DNA from: Tubiluchus corallicola
Lineage: Eukaryota > Animalia > Priapulida
DNA length: 64,000 nt
NCBI GenBank assembly: GCA_030141605.1
Contig: JAQGDQ010000443.1
Coordinates: 124,001-188,000, forward strand
Direction of reading: 5' to 3'
Position numbers and translations under genes: made by a program. Shown one piece after another: positions 40,001 through 55,000 of this stretch. Numbering within the stretch: position 1 is the first letter of the stretch; the number at the start of each line of letters is the position of its first letter. The notes below the pieces were generated by a model. The model saw only the letters and a list, made by a program, of their open reading frames with translations, was not told the origin of the DNA and did not search any database.

Positions 40001-43000
40001 TTTGCTGCAATTGCGTAAATATACTGCTGTTATAAAAGTGGCAGATTAGATTTAATGAGTTAGTTATGTTATTACAGTGTTTAAAACTATATTTTCTAGG
40101 AATCGAGCACACTTCGCCTTGAATTGCTGAGTTGGACCCGCAACTTTATGGTTAGTAGGCCTACATTTAGCAGCACCATGTTTTTCTTTTATTGTAGTGT
40201 ATTTCTTTTACTTTCATTTTTTTAATTGCAAAATTTTTAAATTCATTCATGGTGCATTTCACTTACGCTTTTTATGCATTATTGACTTGTAAAGCCCTAG
40301 AGCATTTTATGCATTTGAGGCTAATAAATTATTGCTATTATTATTTTCGCTAGATCCCAAGTTTTTATGGTAAAAGGCCCAGAGGCTCCATACAATTTTT
40401 TTACCATGGCTTAAATGACCAATGACTAAAGCTGCGAGAGTCGCAAAATCAAGCTATTTTACACTCTGAACTCTGTTTTTCATATGTGAACGTCTTCGCC
40501 ATTCTGCACTCCCAAAGTACACTTGTACGTGTAACACGAATACGGTAATTATTCTGCATGTAGCAAAGAGGCATTATTGCGATCATATTGTACTCAGTTC
40601 TGAAGTGATTTTTCAAGTTACAGATTTTGGGCATTGTGTGCCATAGTTTATATTTTATTGTATATGTGTGTATATATTTGTATATGACTTTAAGCTGAAA
40701 TAAACTGATAAATAATAAAAAATAAAAACGTATACGTGACTTACATATACGTGAATTCATGCACGCACCAATACACATGTGTGCAAAGTGCATATACCCT
40801 CCAAACTTGCTCATCCCATCTGCTGAACCTCCTTCTGGCCCATTTTACACAAAGGACTCAAGGAAACTGACGTACGGATTTGTTTCAGAAAAGTAGAAAA
40901 TTTTCAGAAAAATGTCAAATTTTTCTTGACAACGCACACAACAAGGAAGTTCATTTCACACAGAAACCGCGCGGATAGGTTTTATCAACAGCAGAATTGT
41001 GTTAGTTGTTATTCGTTAAACAAGAAAGGCAGCAGAATTTCTCACGAGAAAAATCATGAGGGAAATTCCTCGCGAGGAGTCTGTATGGAATGCGCCACAG
41101 AGAGCAATGTGTTCCATTTTCATAATGAATCCCGTAGGGACTTTTACCTCGGGGTATTTTCCGCGTGTCTTCTGTGTGAAAAGGCCCCTATAATTCAATT
41201 ACAAGAAATGTCACTTGGTTTGCACAGTGAGTGGTAAATTCATCATAACTTCATCATAATTATGCTTTTTCAGTTATGATTAGGATAATTTTAACATTGC
41301 CTTGGATATAAGACTGCATCAACCTAGAGTCCTTGTACACGTACATGTCTTTTAGTGTTATGCTTCGACTCTAAACAGACTAGTGTCCAGAGTAGTGTAT
41401 TGTGCCGCCATCTGTTATGAAATTAAGCCAACATAAACACAAATATGTTCTTCAATTACATGACTCACTTCTAAAGGGGTGCTTTCTGATGCAAGCCTGG
41501 TAAAGCCTACAATGTCGCTGAAAAATATGGTCACTTCGTTAAAATATTCCGGGTTAACCGTTTTGCCTAATTTCAGATCCTCCGCTACAGACCTGCAATA
41601 AAAAGTAGTGCATCTGAAAATCTTGCAAAGATTTGGTGTGACATTCCTTAGAAATGCCGAAATACTGACATTGACGTTGCATTTTTATGTTTACGTATTT
41701 TCCTCAATTTCTTTTTATTACCCATAAACAGTTGTTTAAACTTTTTTGTCAGTGCTACATGAAATACTACTATCTTTGTAGTTGTGCTAAAGTAGTGTTT
41801 CTTTTATAACATACAAACCAGTTATAAACCTATAAGGCACACGTTATAAACGAAATCAATATTTCTAAAAAGTATATGTTGGTGTTGTTGTTTATTAAGA
41901 AAGTGCATTAAATTTATTTGTACATTTAAACTGCAAGAGGAATGCAACAGAGTAGGGTGATCACGGTGTGAATTGGATGGGTGACTTCAGAACTATTTCT
42001 GAATAATTTCACCTATCATACTGCCAGCACTATAAATTCTGTCTAAAATAAATCAAAAATGGTTAACCACCTTGGTAACATTCTGTGCAACAGTTGCTCT
42101 GTTTTCTTCTGTTCTTCTGCTAACTGTATTGTACGTTCTTCGACCAAATCTTCCAGGTTGTTAGCGTATTTCTCCATCATATTCATCATGTTATCGACCA
42201 AATTTGTTTGTCTAATTTGGAATAAAATAAGCAGTTTGAAGAAATTAAGAAACAGCTATAACTCGGACAAATAAATTGCAACTATTAACTATTTTTTAAA
42301 TTTAAATTAAAATAGAGTACTTTCCTTTTCTTTCCTTCAGAAATTGAAATATTTCTTTTTCTTTCCATCAGAAATTGCTTTTTCAACAGGACATTTTGCT
42401 GTTTATTTGGGTCAAACTTTCAGTCTGAGTAGACGTTTCTCATTTTGTTGATTAGATGTTTACACGTAATTAAGTCAATCAAATGGCTGACCTAGTTTGT
42501 ACATAGGTAACTTGATAGGTTCTTAATTGATTGATAATGATAACAAGGTGATTAGATAAGCTATGTGGGAAAAGAAACGGCTGCCTCAATAACTTAAGGT
42601 ATTTCCCTTTAGATAAACGTCTAAGAAAGTAAATAGTTAAAGTGTGCCATTGTTTTAACTTAAAATAGACGTTCTCGGTACCAGGAAGAACAGCTAAGTG
42701 ATCAAGATCGTATACTTGGTTGGCATGTTAAGCAGTGCCAACTCTGCTAGCAGATGGGCGACCGTAGACCCTCAATGGATGGCATTCCTCACAAAAATGG
42801 AACACATTGTTTTCTATGGCGCAGTGCGGAAAAATTGCAGTTCCTCGTAAGGAATTCTGTCGCCAGCCAGAAGGTATGCATCGTCCTCTTGATGAATTTT
42901 GCCACCTAGTATAAATACTGCATGTTCCAATTTCGTTAAGAATCCTCGCGGAATTCAGTCTTAAATTTAACTACTCAATTATTTCTTTCCCATTTAACCC

Positions 43001-46000
43001 ACTTCAGCATAAAATTATAAGACTTAATTTCTCTTTTAACAGACTGTCGATTCTATGTTTTACTAATACAACATCGATGACTACATTCGTGAAAATGAAA
43101 TATAACGCACGCATTTATTTGATACATGTATATTTTTAGATTCTGAAGTGGTTAGTAAAACGTTACTGAAAAATAAACAGGGCTGATATTACATTGACTA
43201 ACATTATTAATTGTACTTTGCATATGAGAAGTACGGCAAGTATAACTTTAATTTAGACATGGTTATACAGTATAAAACTCGCAAAGTAGCACAATTAAGT
43301 GGGCGCGCGGATAAAAACCGCGCTGTTTCACTGTGAAATGAACTTTCTTACTGCATGGGATTTCGAGAAAAATCGGAAATTTTCAGAAAATGTTCTGACA
43401 GCAATTCCGTGCGTCATTTTTCCTTGCGTCTTCACTGTGAAATGGGCCATACTGACTTCACTGTGAAATGGACCAGACTAAAAAATGGTTCCTTTTTAAA
43501 AGCGGCCCGATTAGGCACTCATGTCTCTATGCATTTTGTAGTTCTTAGAAACTTTGTCGCTACATTCTGCTTAAATTGTAAAATCAGTTTTTGGCTATTT
43601 ATAGTTTTTATTTTCATGTAAATATGACTGCTGCTCTGCAACGTTTTTTTTGCACGAAAAAGCACAATCACTTTGTCTCCTGGTTTGATTAGACATTAGT
43701 TGTCATGTTGTTTATGAAAGGGAGTTTTGGTCGACGCAAGCTAATGTCCCAATTTCCTCTGAGCGTGCTTACGTCACAACGTAGGCAGTGTGATAGGCCA
43801 ATATGCTTGTCGTCAATTATGGATAACCTTACAAGTTCAGTCTAACCTCTGATGATTATCTTTAAAAACTAACTAGAATTTGGTTCCGCCACTACCGTTT
43901 CATGCATCAAGAAGGTGCTGTCAGGGTATGTGGGACACTGGGTTGCAAAATGCTGAATAATTATAAAAAGAAATACTTGGTAAACAACAAAATTATTATC
44001 GTAAAAAAGTCAGCTTACAGTGAACTGGACGAAAAAACAAACAACTACGCAGCAAGTTACCTTCCTTTGTTAAGCTTCTTTAAGCAATCGGTTATGGTAA
44101 GAAAATTTGGTCTAAACTGTGGAATTTCTTCCCAGCACATGCGCATTAGATCAAGGAAATTGTCGTCTGCGCTGTCCTCTGCTACCTTAGGTCGAAACGG
44201 CGGGTGCTCAGGCCCCTTAATTTTCTTGATGATTTCTAGTAAAGAAAACAAAGCTGTCATAACACATACAAATTTCGTAAGAAGAACTGAATCAATGAAT
44301 CCTCTCACCATTAAAAATTTAAGAGACACAATGTTTCAGCTATATGCTGTATTCAGATGAAAGGATCAACAAATAGTAAAAAAAATCACTTTGAGGGCTT
44401 TATAATTTAAATTTTATAGATTCAGTAATTTATACCGTAACATCAATAACTAAGCACAGAATATACGGCACAGAAAAAGCGATGGTGAAAAAACCCAAAA
44501 ACATGAAAGGAAATGGTGAAAATTCTGGATTTAAATCAAACGAAAATGCCTGCATCTATTGTGATCACAACGTTGAACTTGTAACCCAATAGTCCATAAT
44601 TCAAAACAAGAATTAATTCTGACTTTTCCACATTTTCGCCAAATTTCTATCCACATTTCCTTTCTTGAAAAGTTTGGTTTCAAAGATTCAATAACTGTAG
44701 CTTCGTTGCATTAGCATTTTATCATCTCTTACACAGTTACCATTTACATAAGATGCAATGAAATCAAGTACCTTTTGGCGTAATATCGTAGCTCATGTAA
44801 GGCGGGTCTCTGGTTACAATTTCTGTGAGTATGATAGCAAATGAGAAGACATCGCCCTTTTGTGACACACCCGACCAAGGATCTGACAAGTGCTCAGGAG
44901 CAATCCAGAAAAGCGCTGAAATAGTAAGAAAGATTTCTTTCACCCACCCTTTCAGAACTGGAACTTAGTAATTTCAGTTCCTGAAGGTGACTATGTAGCT
45001 GTCACAATGTTTATGATCTTTTAATCTTTTATGAAGTCTAAATTTTGCTTTATGTAGTTGACCTCTAATTAGTCGTTTCTTAACAATTTACATAAAACCA
45101 TTGGAAAACTGAAAAGACATACATTTGTATTACACCTAGCATTTGTTCTTCAACGTTTTGTCAGCACTGGTCATTGGGATTAAAAATTTTTGCCTGAGAT
45201 GAATGTATCTATGGGGGTTGCGTAATTATGCACACCCATAACTCTTGCTCCAAAACATTCTTTTCAGTTCTAATTTCCCTAAACATAGGACTGATATCAC
45301 TCTCTCAGGTGAATGGCCTCAGTTCGCAGTAGTTCTGGTAATGGATGCTAAATTATAACACTTCAACAATGAAGCATTGTTTTCCAAAGATTTGAGGTTG
45401 ACATAAGGTTTAACATAAATTATTGGAATTGAATTAAGATAGGTTAAATGTTCGATGCTTTCAGTGAATTTCTGCTTGAAGTCCTCTTTCCAAATAGTTT
45501 TAAATTCTGATTACACCAAGCGCCGTATCCTTTCCATAAAATTTTTTACATGGATTACATTTAGCAATGGTAATGTAAATTATGATTACCAAGTGCATGC
45601 ATCGAACATTAATTTAACCAAAAGGAAAATGCAGAGTGTCACAGTAAAAAGCACAGTACCCGCATATTTTTGATGCTCTCCTAATGAGCGGCTCCTTTCC
45701 CCTTCTCTGAATTTTCGAAGGCCCATGTCAGATATTTTGCAAACCCACCGACTGTCCACCAGAATGTTTGATGATTTCAGTGAGCCATGAACTTGTATTG
45801 ATGTAGAGTGCAGGTAGGCCATACCCTGGTTAAAAAGTGATACGTGTCACAACAATGAAACTAGTACTGATGGCTATATAGTATTAACTATATTAATCAT
45901 TAATTAATTGTAATTTTAATAGAAAAGTTATTATTAATGATAGTTCAAGCCCACAATTAATTGACCATTACGGTTATCATGTTTCCCGGCGATTATGTGA

Positions 46001-49000
46001 CAGTCGAAAGTCCATCCCTTACCTGGCCAACCAATTATTTAACTAATTGTAGGTTTTAGAATAAACAGTATTATCAAAGCACTGATATAAAACTTCATCA
46101 CAAATGCACAGATTTTTTTCAAAACTTCGGAAGCTTCTTCTGCCACTGGCAAATATATAATAAATTTTAAAAGACTACTAAAAAATATTAGGCATTTGGC
46201 AATGGCAGAAGAGGCTGCCGAAGCATTGTGATTCTGGAAATAAAATACATTTTTAGTGAAGTTTTACATCGCCTTCTTGACACCATTATTTATAAATACT
46301 TAGATTTGCAAACATCCGTTCAACTGTGGATTTGTACCATCATCTTTGTATTAATCACGTTATAGTATTGGTATTCTACACCATAATATCATGATCCCGC
46401 AGTTAGAATTCAAATTTCAGTGCAGACAGAAGTCAAGCACATATTCTATTAAAATAGCTTTTGCAGCGCTAAATTAAACAAAGTTCCACTATGCCACACC
46501 TGTATAGTATATTCAAATTAGTTTACAAAAACACTCAGCGTTTTACCCAAATAATTTAGGAGCGTAAATTTAGCCAAATAGGACCCTCAAATTTGAAATC
46601 AGATAGACATTACCTTGGCTATATCTGATGCAAAAGACAGCTTGAAAATCCAGTCAAGTTTGATATTATCGTTTTGCAGAACATCTTGAAGACTTCCTTT
46701 ACTGCAGTAAGTGGTTACAATGAATATTTTATTGGGTTCTACACAAGCGCCAACCAACGTGTTAACGTTAACATGGCGTAAATCTTTCACCTGCTCAAGA
46801 AAAAAATTCGAAGTTTTAACGAATCTAAATGTTTAGTACTTTCATTTTCACCCTGCCTTATAACAACCACACCTCCACCACCACCGCCAGCAGCACCGCC
46901 GCCGTCCGCCACTAAAGGCACGCGAGGAAACCTTCGAACCGAGTATGCACGCGGATACCAAGAAGCCTGGATTAGAATGGAAATGGTACTTGAGTCCAAT
47001 GCCATTTATTTTATTTGATGTTAAATTTCCTCATTTTTTGTAAAGTTTTGATGTTTTCACGACAAGAATTTACAACTGCCACGGAATCTATTTTCTCGTA
47101 AAAATTTGGAATCCCTAGCGCATAACCATATACACGTTAGAATCAAAGAAACCCCCGCAATGTATACATTTGAGGAAAATGAAAAATCGGGCTTCGTTAT
47201 GGTCTGCACAATGGTCGGTAATACATGGATACTTATATGGAAATTATTCATGGATAATTTCAGCCTCCTACGACAAAAAGAGCTTATGATAGCATTCAAA
47301 GGGAAATGTGACATCAACAGAACCACCACCAACAACAACAACATGATCAAGCTGTAGAGACCACACATTTCGCACCGGATCTAAAAAGCCATTCATTAGC
47401 CTCATTAATTCACCATCCTCATTAGCCTCGACGATCATTAGTTAACCTCATTAGTTCACTAGCTTAGTGACAAACAAAAATAATCAAAGTGGCAGAATCT
47501 AAATCAAAATAATTTTTCACTTATGTAACCTAATCAATCTAGCCCAATTTAATAATTTCAGGTAAACGAAACAAAAAGATCCATTTTGTCTTCCCCAATA
47601 ATTTAGCAAAATTAGCCTATTAATCTTATACTTACAAATACAGATCTTTTAACTTAACAAGCAAACAAAACTAAGAGTAAAATGCATTCAAAGATATACG
47701 AGGCTGTCCCCTGATTGCAATATAGGGCCTACTTGGAACATGGGCTGAAAATGAATCGTTCAGTCCAGTAGTCAACTTAGAAACCTCTGAGTTCAGCTAG
47801 TGCCTTTTATAACTTTAGGTATGTTAATGTTCTGATTACAGGTAAGTAGCTAAACAATTGCAAATATACGAAAATGGTACTCATAGTAAATTTAGACTAA
47901 ACTACTAAAACTACTAAACTCAGCCAATAAGCCTATCATTAAGAAAAACTGGTAACAAAAACATTTACTAAAGCCCCTCTTGCCTTTGTACATACGAACA
48001 TATTATACCTGCGATTATTTTTTCTACAATAAGCTGATTATGTGATCATCACCAAACTTTTAGCTATTTTTTTCTTTCCAACCGTTTGTTAGGTCACGAA
48101 AATAGAATATGGAATAAATTTCATTTTTCAATCCCGTAGACGATCTTATGTAGACTGTTCGAGTTACGTAAGCTCCACCGACATCTTTTAACAATGATTA
48201 TAACCAGAAAGACTAATTATGACAGTTCTCACGAATTCCTGTGAATGAGTTAAACTCTGCCGCTAGGTCTCAATTATTGCTGACTAGCTTATTCCCGTTC
48301 CTACAAGCTGTACAAATCTACATCGAGGTGCTCAGATTGTAATTTTTATACGTAGGTTAGCCTTGAATCATTTATACCTGTTAACTCGGACTTCAAACTG
48401 AAGTTATAAATTTCATTGTCATCTCTGAACAGGTAGGTCATTTGACGTTTGCGATCATTAAAGCAGCATCATATGTTCTGCCTAACCACGTTAAGTCAAT
48501 TTGTTCTTTTTTACAGTTAATCAAATAATTGTATTTTTCTAACTTGCAAGGTCATAAACTACTAAACCGAACCGCCTATTTTACTGATAGCAAAACGCTT
48601 TAATCAGTAACTCATAGACGTAAGGGTTGTGCATTTCTTCATATAAAAAGCGAAATTAGACTATATATTTCCACGAATTCACTTACAATTTCAATCGACA
48701 ATCTGTAATAAAATTTAGAACTAGGCGGGTATCTTTCACGCGAACTAATGAAAAGTTGAGCATTTCTCATGACAGTTGTAGCATGTCCAGTAAATAGCAA
48801 TACATAGTTGCAGCTTATGTCCTGAGAACACGCGTGGAAGGTGTGTGGAAAAACACGCACGCCGATTGAGCAGTCAACAAACCTTGACTGAGCATGCTTC
48901 ACATTCTGCTTGACGAGTTCACGTTAATTACTCATACGTGTAATACCAACTTACCGGGAATTTTTTATTGTTGATTTAATTAAAACATAATTTATTTTAG

Positions 49001-52000
49001 GTTTGGATCATTCAGCTTTGACAACGTGATTCGTGTTTCTTCCCTAGCACATCATACATACATATTTACACCAAAAGTTCACGCGTGCATCATAAAGATA
49101 CGTACATTACAAGATATACAATATTTACGTATTTCAAAAAATTAAAGAAAGTATTCAAGTTGAACTTGACTAGTATTTATGATATGCTAAAGGCACGCAA
49201 TTAAGATTATTATTTATAATGTTAACATATATGTTACAATAATAAAAAGGATACAAATACATAGAAACAGCACAGAAGCACAGCAAGTAAAAACACACCC
49301 CCTGTGTTTTTTTTAATTGCTGTAACTTCCTTGTTGTTCATAATCGTATCCTATTAAAGTGTGCATGATAACTTTAAGTGCTAACAATATAAAAAAGTTC
49401 TCAAAAATTAGCATTAGTAACTGTGATCTTTTTTCTTTTTTTGCCTAAAAATAAGACCAGTTTGAGAAGTTAGGTTTTGCTCCTTCCTTAATTTTTCGAA
49501 TTTTTTCATTAATTTTCACCCTTCATATCATTAAGAATTAAATTTGTGCTATAAAAATCATTATTATTATTTCATTTTTTAACGTAAAATAAATATGTTT
49601 CACTTATGTGCCTTTTACTAATTAAACGCTAGACGTATTATAAATAACTTCCAACATTACCTCTTTTAACTCTTGCAATATTTCTCGAGTTAAGTAAATG
49701 TACGGTTTATTAACTTTCTTAATGGCGACTATGTCTCCTTTGTAACGACCCACTGTGATAAACATCTTGTGATCGATTAGTGAACCTGAGTTAGAGTTTC
49801 TACCCGCAGCGTTTCTTCGAGATGTCGTATCGCTTTCCTACAATGAAATATATTTTACAAAGATACGTTTAATAATGGAATAGCTGAGCTGTCTTTAAGG
49901 CTATTAAAATTACTGTACTGAAAACAGGCTCAAATTAATTTGATAGTATTTGACAATAGCTAAACCAGCAATTTAGGAAACGTGACATCAAGAACAATTT
50001 GACATTAGTTACCTCATTTAAGCGCATTTGCAAACATTAAATGAACCTATGTTCGGGATATGCAATACGCTAAGAATAATGATATAAGTTTTAAGACATT
50101 TAAAAACTAATTGTATGATAGACGTTAAATACAAGCCGGTAATTAATTAAATTTTGATCAAAATAAAAAATTAATTTAGTTAGTTGTAATCTCTCTAGTC
50201 TGGAAATGTAGAATTTCCAACAATGGAAATGTTGAGTTTGGTTGGCCAGCTATAAAAGAATGAATTTTGGATTACTGGGAAATGCGGTAATCTAGTTCTC
50301 CAATGCATGTACATTATGTAATCAGGATTGCATGTCGTTTCGCCAGTTATTTTTGTGCCAATCTACTTTTTCGCTACTCTACTTTTTAACCAGTCTTCTT
50401 TTTCGCCAGTCTACTATTTCGCCTGTCCACTTTTTCGCCAGTTTACTTTTTCGCCAGTCCTCTTTTTCGCCAGCCCCTTTTTCACTAGTCTATCTTTTCG
50501 TCAGTGTAATATGATTTTAATGTTAAAACAATGAAAACTTAACTTACCTATATGTATTGTGAATGCTTTGTGAACAGAAGATATAAGTCTTACAGAGTCG
50601 TGCCATATATCATTAGATTCGCAGTGAAATGAAGAATCTGATGCACTGCGTCAAAATCGCGAGTCCAGTTTTGTTTAGCCAGAAAACGGCAATAAAAAGG
50701 ATGTCCGGTCGAAAATTTAACATTTAGAATCTGCTGTTGTTTTCGTTCTGCGATGTTTAGTTATCGAGATACGCATCTTTTAGGAATAACTCAACAACTA
50801 GACAGGGCTATTCCACCAAATTTGGTGTGCTTGTAGGGTAGAGAGACACCTTAATTTATAATCTCGGGTCGCGACCCTTTGACTTGCCAGAGTTATGACC
50901 CGAAATCGTCAAAATTCGTCTACATTTGAGAAGCAATTACTCCTACAAGAAGCGCCACCTACCAAAATGGCGAGGGGTGGTGATTGGTCGATCAATTCTC
51001 TATCAATAGTGCGCACATAGCCGCTACGCCCATTTTTCTGGACCCATGTCAGTACCATACTTATACTTATATATAGCAGGTATTGACATGATTTCCTTTA
51101 AATGCTCTCCGAACGGAAGCCGTGAGTCGCACAGAGACGTACCATATATCATTAGATTAGCAATGAAACGTAATATAAGATGTGCTGTGCTGAAAATTTT
51201 TCCTCTATTTTTGTTTAACCGAAAATAACCGAAATTTGGCAAATGGGATAAACGAGATGTTTCCTTTATTGACTAACACTGAAAATAGAACTGTCCTTGT
51301 GTTACTAGTGGTAGAGTTGGCGTTTTTTGAGAATTTAAATATGATTGAAATTTTATAAAGTTTCAGTACTGTCATAGTGAGGGTTTTCTTTTCGTTGTTG
51401 CCAAATAATGCAGGTGATGACGAGGTGGCGGGTCAAAGGGTCACGACCCAAAAGTGTGTGCTTAGATACGCTAGTTACAAGCACGCAAAATTTGGTGGAA
51501 TAGCTCTGCCTTGTTTTTGAGTTATTCTAAAAAGATGCGTATCTTAGAAATTAAGCATTGTAGAGCGAAAAATTTACCAGATTCTGAATGTTCACATACT
51601 CGGTATATAACATCTTACTTATCGCCATTTTAAAGTTAAACGAAATTCGACTGTCTATTGCGATATAATACATCTTATTCTACATTTCCTTGCGAATCGA
51701 ATGATGTATAGCATACATCTGCATGACTTATGGCTTCCTTTCACAGAGCGATTAAAGGAAACAATACAATTTTTGCAATTGTCGTATACGTTAAGTATAT
51801 TAAGCATAGTACACACAATGGCATGTTTAAGGCCCCGTAAAACAGCAGCGGATCAGCGTTCGACAAAACTGAGCCGGTTACTGATAGCCAAGGCACAATA
51901 TTTTTTCCGTTTGAATAGATGGCGCTTCTTGTAGGAGTAACTGCTTCTCAATAATAAACGTATTTCGACGATTTTAGGGTCATAACTCAGGCAGGTCAAG

Positions 52001-55000
52001 CAAAGGGTCAGGCCGGTCGAAATTGTAAGTTAAGATGGCCCTCTAAGCTAGGTACAAGCACAGAATTTGGTAAAATAGCCCTGTCTAGTTTTTTAGTTAT
52101 TCTAAAAACATGCGTATTTCGGAAACTAAACATCGCAGGACGAAAATAACAGCAGATTCTGAATTTTAAATTTTCGACAGGACATCCTTTTTTTGCCGTT
52201 TTCTGGCTAAACAAAATTGGACTCGCAGCTTTGACGCAGTGCACCAGATTCCTGATTTCATTGCGAATTCAATGACATAGACTGGCGAAAAAGTGGACTG
52301 GCGAAAAAATAGACAGGCGAAAAAGAGGACTGGCGAAAAAGTGGACTGGCGAAAAAGTAGACTGGCGAAAAATTAGACTGGCGAAAAAGAAGACTGACGA
52401 AAAAGTGGACTGGCGAAAAAGTAGACTAGCGAAAATGAAGACTGACGAAAAAGTTGAATGGCGAAAAGATAACTGGCGAAGTAGGGGAGGGGATTACTTG
52501 TAAGCAGACGGTTCCTGGTTCAAATCGATCCTGGCTCTATTCCAACTTTTCCGCATTTCCTGTCTTTCGAGATTTAAATTAATTGTAGGGTTTGTGCCAT
52601 CATTAATAATAATGATATACAATTGTTGTATAACAAAAATACACAAAGATTATAATAATTAAATTTATGATTGTTAAAAAGGCAGATGGCTTGCAAGCAT
52701 TATCGTTTTGCAAACCAGATGTATATGAAGTATGCCCCGACTAACTTAAGATTAATAAGAAAAAATGGTGAAAAAAACCAGACCAGTTTACTCCACTTGC
52801 TTCCAAACTTGGAGGATTGTGCAGAATATACTGATCGCTGCTCCGAAAATGTGAGATCATCAAATTTGATTTTCCATAAATTACTCATGATATCTCGTTC
52901 GTACTTGCGTGATCTGCATTAAATGTAAAGAACGTAAAGGATTAAAATTGTGGAAATCGTCGTAGGCATGGAAATCTGATTGATCTTTCCGCAATCTGCA
53001 TTGAACGAAAATTTCGTTATTTCACATGAATGGATCTTACCTGTAAATAATGATGGAAAGGCCTATTAGCAACACAGCTCCACAAAGTACTGTAACCACA
53101 GTAACTATTCTGTATTCTACTGTAATTAAAAACAAAATTTTTTATAGAAATCAGCATAATAATTGAAATTTTATCCATGCATTTACATTGTGAAGTAGCC
53201 AGCTGCCTCCATCGAAAGATAATGTAGCAGATAAGATGAAAATTACCAGAATTTTGCAAATAATCAAAAGCAAAAAACGTTGATCGCAAACATGGAATTT
53301 CTGTACAAAAAAATCGTTGCGAATATTGCTTTTAACTTATCCGAGCTACGAAAGCTTTCATTTTAAGCAGCTAATGTGACAATGAATCGCACGTCGTAGA
53401 TAATATAGGCCTGTCCTACACTACAGTTCATGTTCATAAAGAATTTGCTTGTTATGCGAGTGGACGGCGTGTATATTAACGTCGCATTGTCGAAGGTAGG
53501 TACTATCGAAAGTAGATATTATTGAAAAGGATTGTGGTAATTAGTGTAACAGGGTGAAAACTTAGACATCCTATTTCGCTAGTTGTTTGCTGTAATGTGA
53601 AGGTGAAAGTTTTCATTTTTGCTCATTAGACATTTACGGACTTGCCTCCTAAAAGCAGCAAGGAAGGCATTTTTAATGTCAAGCTCATATCATAACTATG
53701 TCCCACACCTATTTCAACCCAATATACGCGACAGACGGAAAAATATTAGTAACGAGGTACAGCCTGCGAAAGTTGCCGTGATTGCAGATACCGTGACGTC
53801 ACTGGTATCACGAGCTATGCTACTACATTATTACAGCGTGGTTAAATTTTCTACTTTCTGGTCATTCCTGATCTTACATTACGAAAGCATAACGTACATT
53901 TCCCTTTAATTTGCACATGCAATCGTGAACAATCGACGACCGTTGATAGATCGACAAATCAAATTAGTGATGTATGAAAGCAGAAAAAAATATTTTGTTC
54001 GGTTCATGGCTTATTTCGTTATAGCTGCAGTTTAATAAGTAAATTGATTGCCTCCTTATTTGACATATTCCAATATTATTTCATTTTTGCCGTGTAAAGT
54101 TTTTCATCAGTTTTTAAATATGATATGGTATTCAGCAATGTGAAAACTACATTTTGACACCCTAGTCGTATTTTGCATTCAGTGCTGCTTTAATAAGCAA
54201 ATCAACTTTGCTATTGGCTTTGTCCAGAATTGCTAAATCAGATTCTATGATTTGTAGATTACAGGATAGTCTGTGTATGTTAGAGATGTTTTTGCATCTG
54301 CGTTCTCTCAGGCTAAGTTGTCTGCTAGTTTGGCCAATGAAAGATTTGTCACATCCATGACACTGAAATTCGTAGATAAATTATTTTAAATGTAATTTAG
54401 AAGAGATCATTTTTCTTGATTCTCAGAACAGAGTATATTAATGACCTGTTCTCTGAAAATGAAAAACAACATGAACGTGTTGATTTTGTAAAAATTTGAG
54501 ATACACAGATTTACTGTCCTGTCGAAGTAAACGAAATCTGTGGAAAAAACTGATTGTTCTATAAATTCAGAATCTATTGTGTTCTCAGAACGTTTTGATG
54601 TAACGATCACAAGAAATGGAATTGTTTTTTACATATTCGTTAATCAGGTGCTCAAGTCCATATGCAGAACTATTCTGCCAGCTTCTGAAAATACTAAAAG
54701 ATTGGCGTAACAGTATGCCTGATTTTAGATAAACAAACAATATCATAATTAACATACATAGTGCCTCTTAAACAAGAATAACGGCTAATAGTGAGTTTAT
54801 TGGAAATATGTCATATTACCAGCCGTACATTGGAATGTATGTCATATGTCATTTTGGTCCAGAAGGACCAGCATTAGGGTTACAACAACGCTCACAGTGA
54901 TTTATTTTAATTTTTGGCAGACATTAGCTACGAAAGCTAAATTCTAGAGGGTTATAGAGAAAAAATTACCTCATTGAAATCAAAATCATTTAAATGCTAG

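Noticed and set aside
43902-44360. 152-aa plus-strand ORF, and similar ones at 42059 and 52671
   Set aside because: Antisense shadows of rGC exons
45660-45825. Active protein kinase gene
   Set aside because: HRD is replaced by HGS; this is the normal pseudokinase domain of receptor guanylyl cyclases
50548-50565. 18-nt micro-exon before a strong GTAAGT donor
   Set aside because: Gives a TAG in phase 0, needs two non-preferred flanking sites to be in frame, and has a weak acceptor
50335-52480. Short repeat arrays as CRISPR or iterons
   Set aside because: No unique spacers or cas genes; the arrays are inverted arms of a transposon
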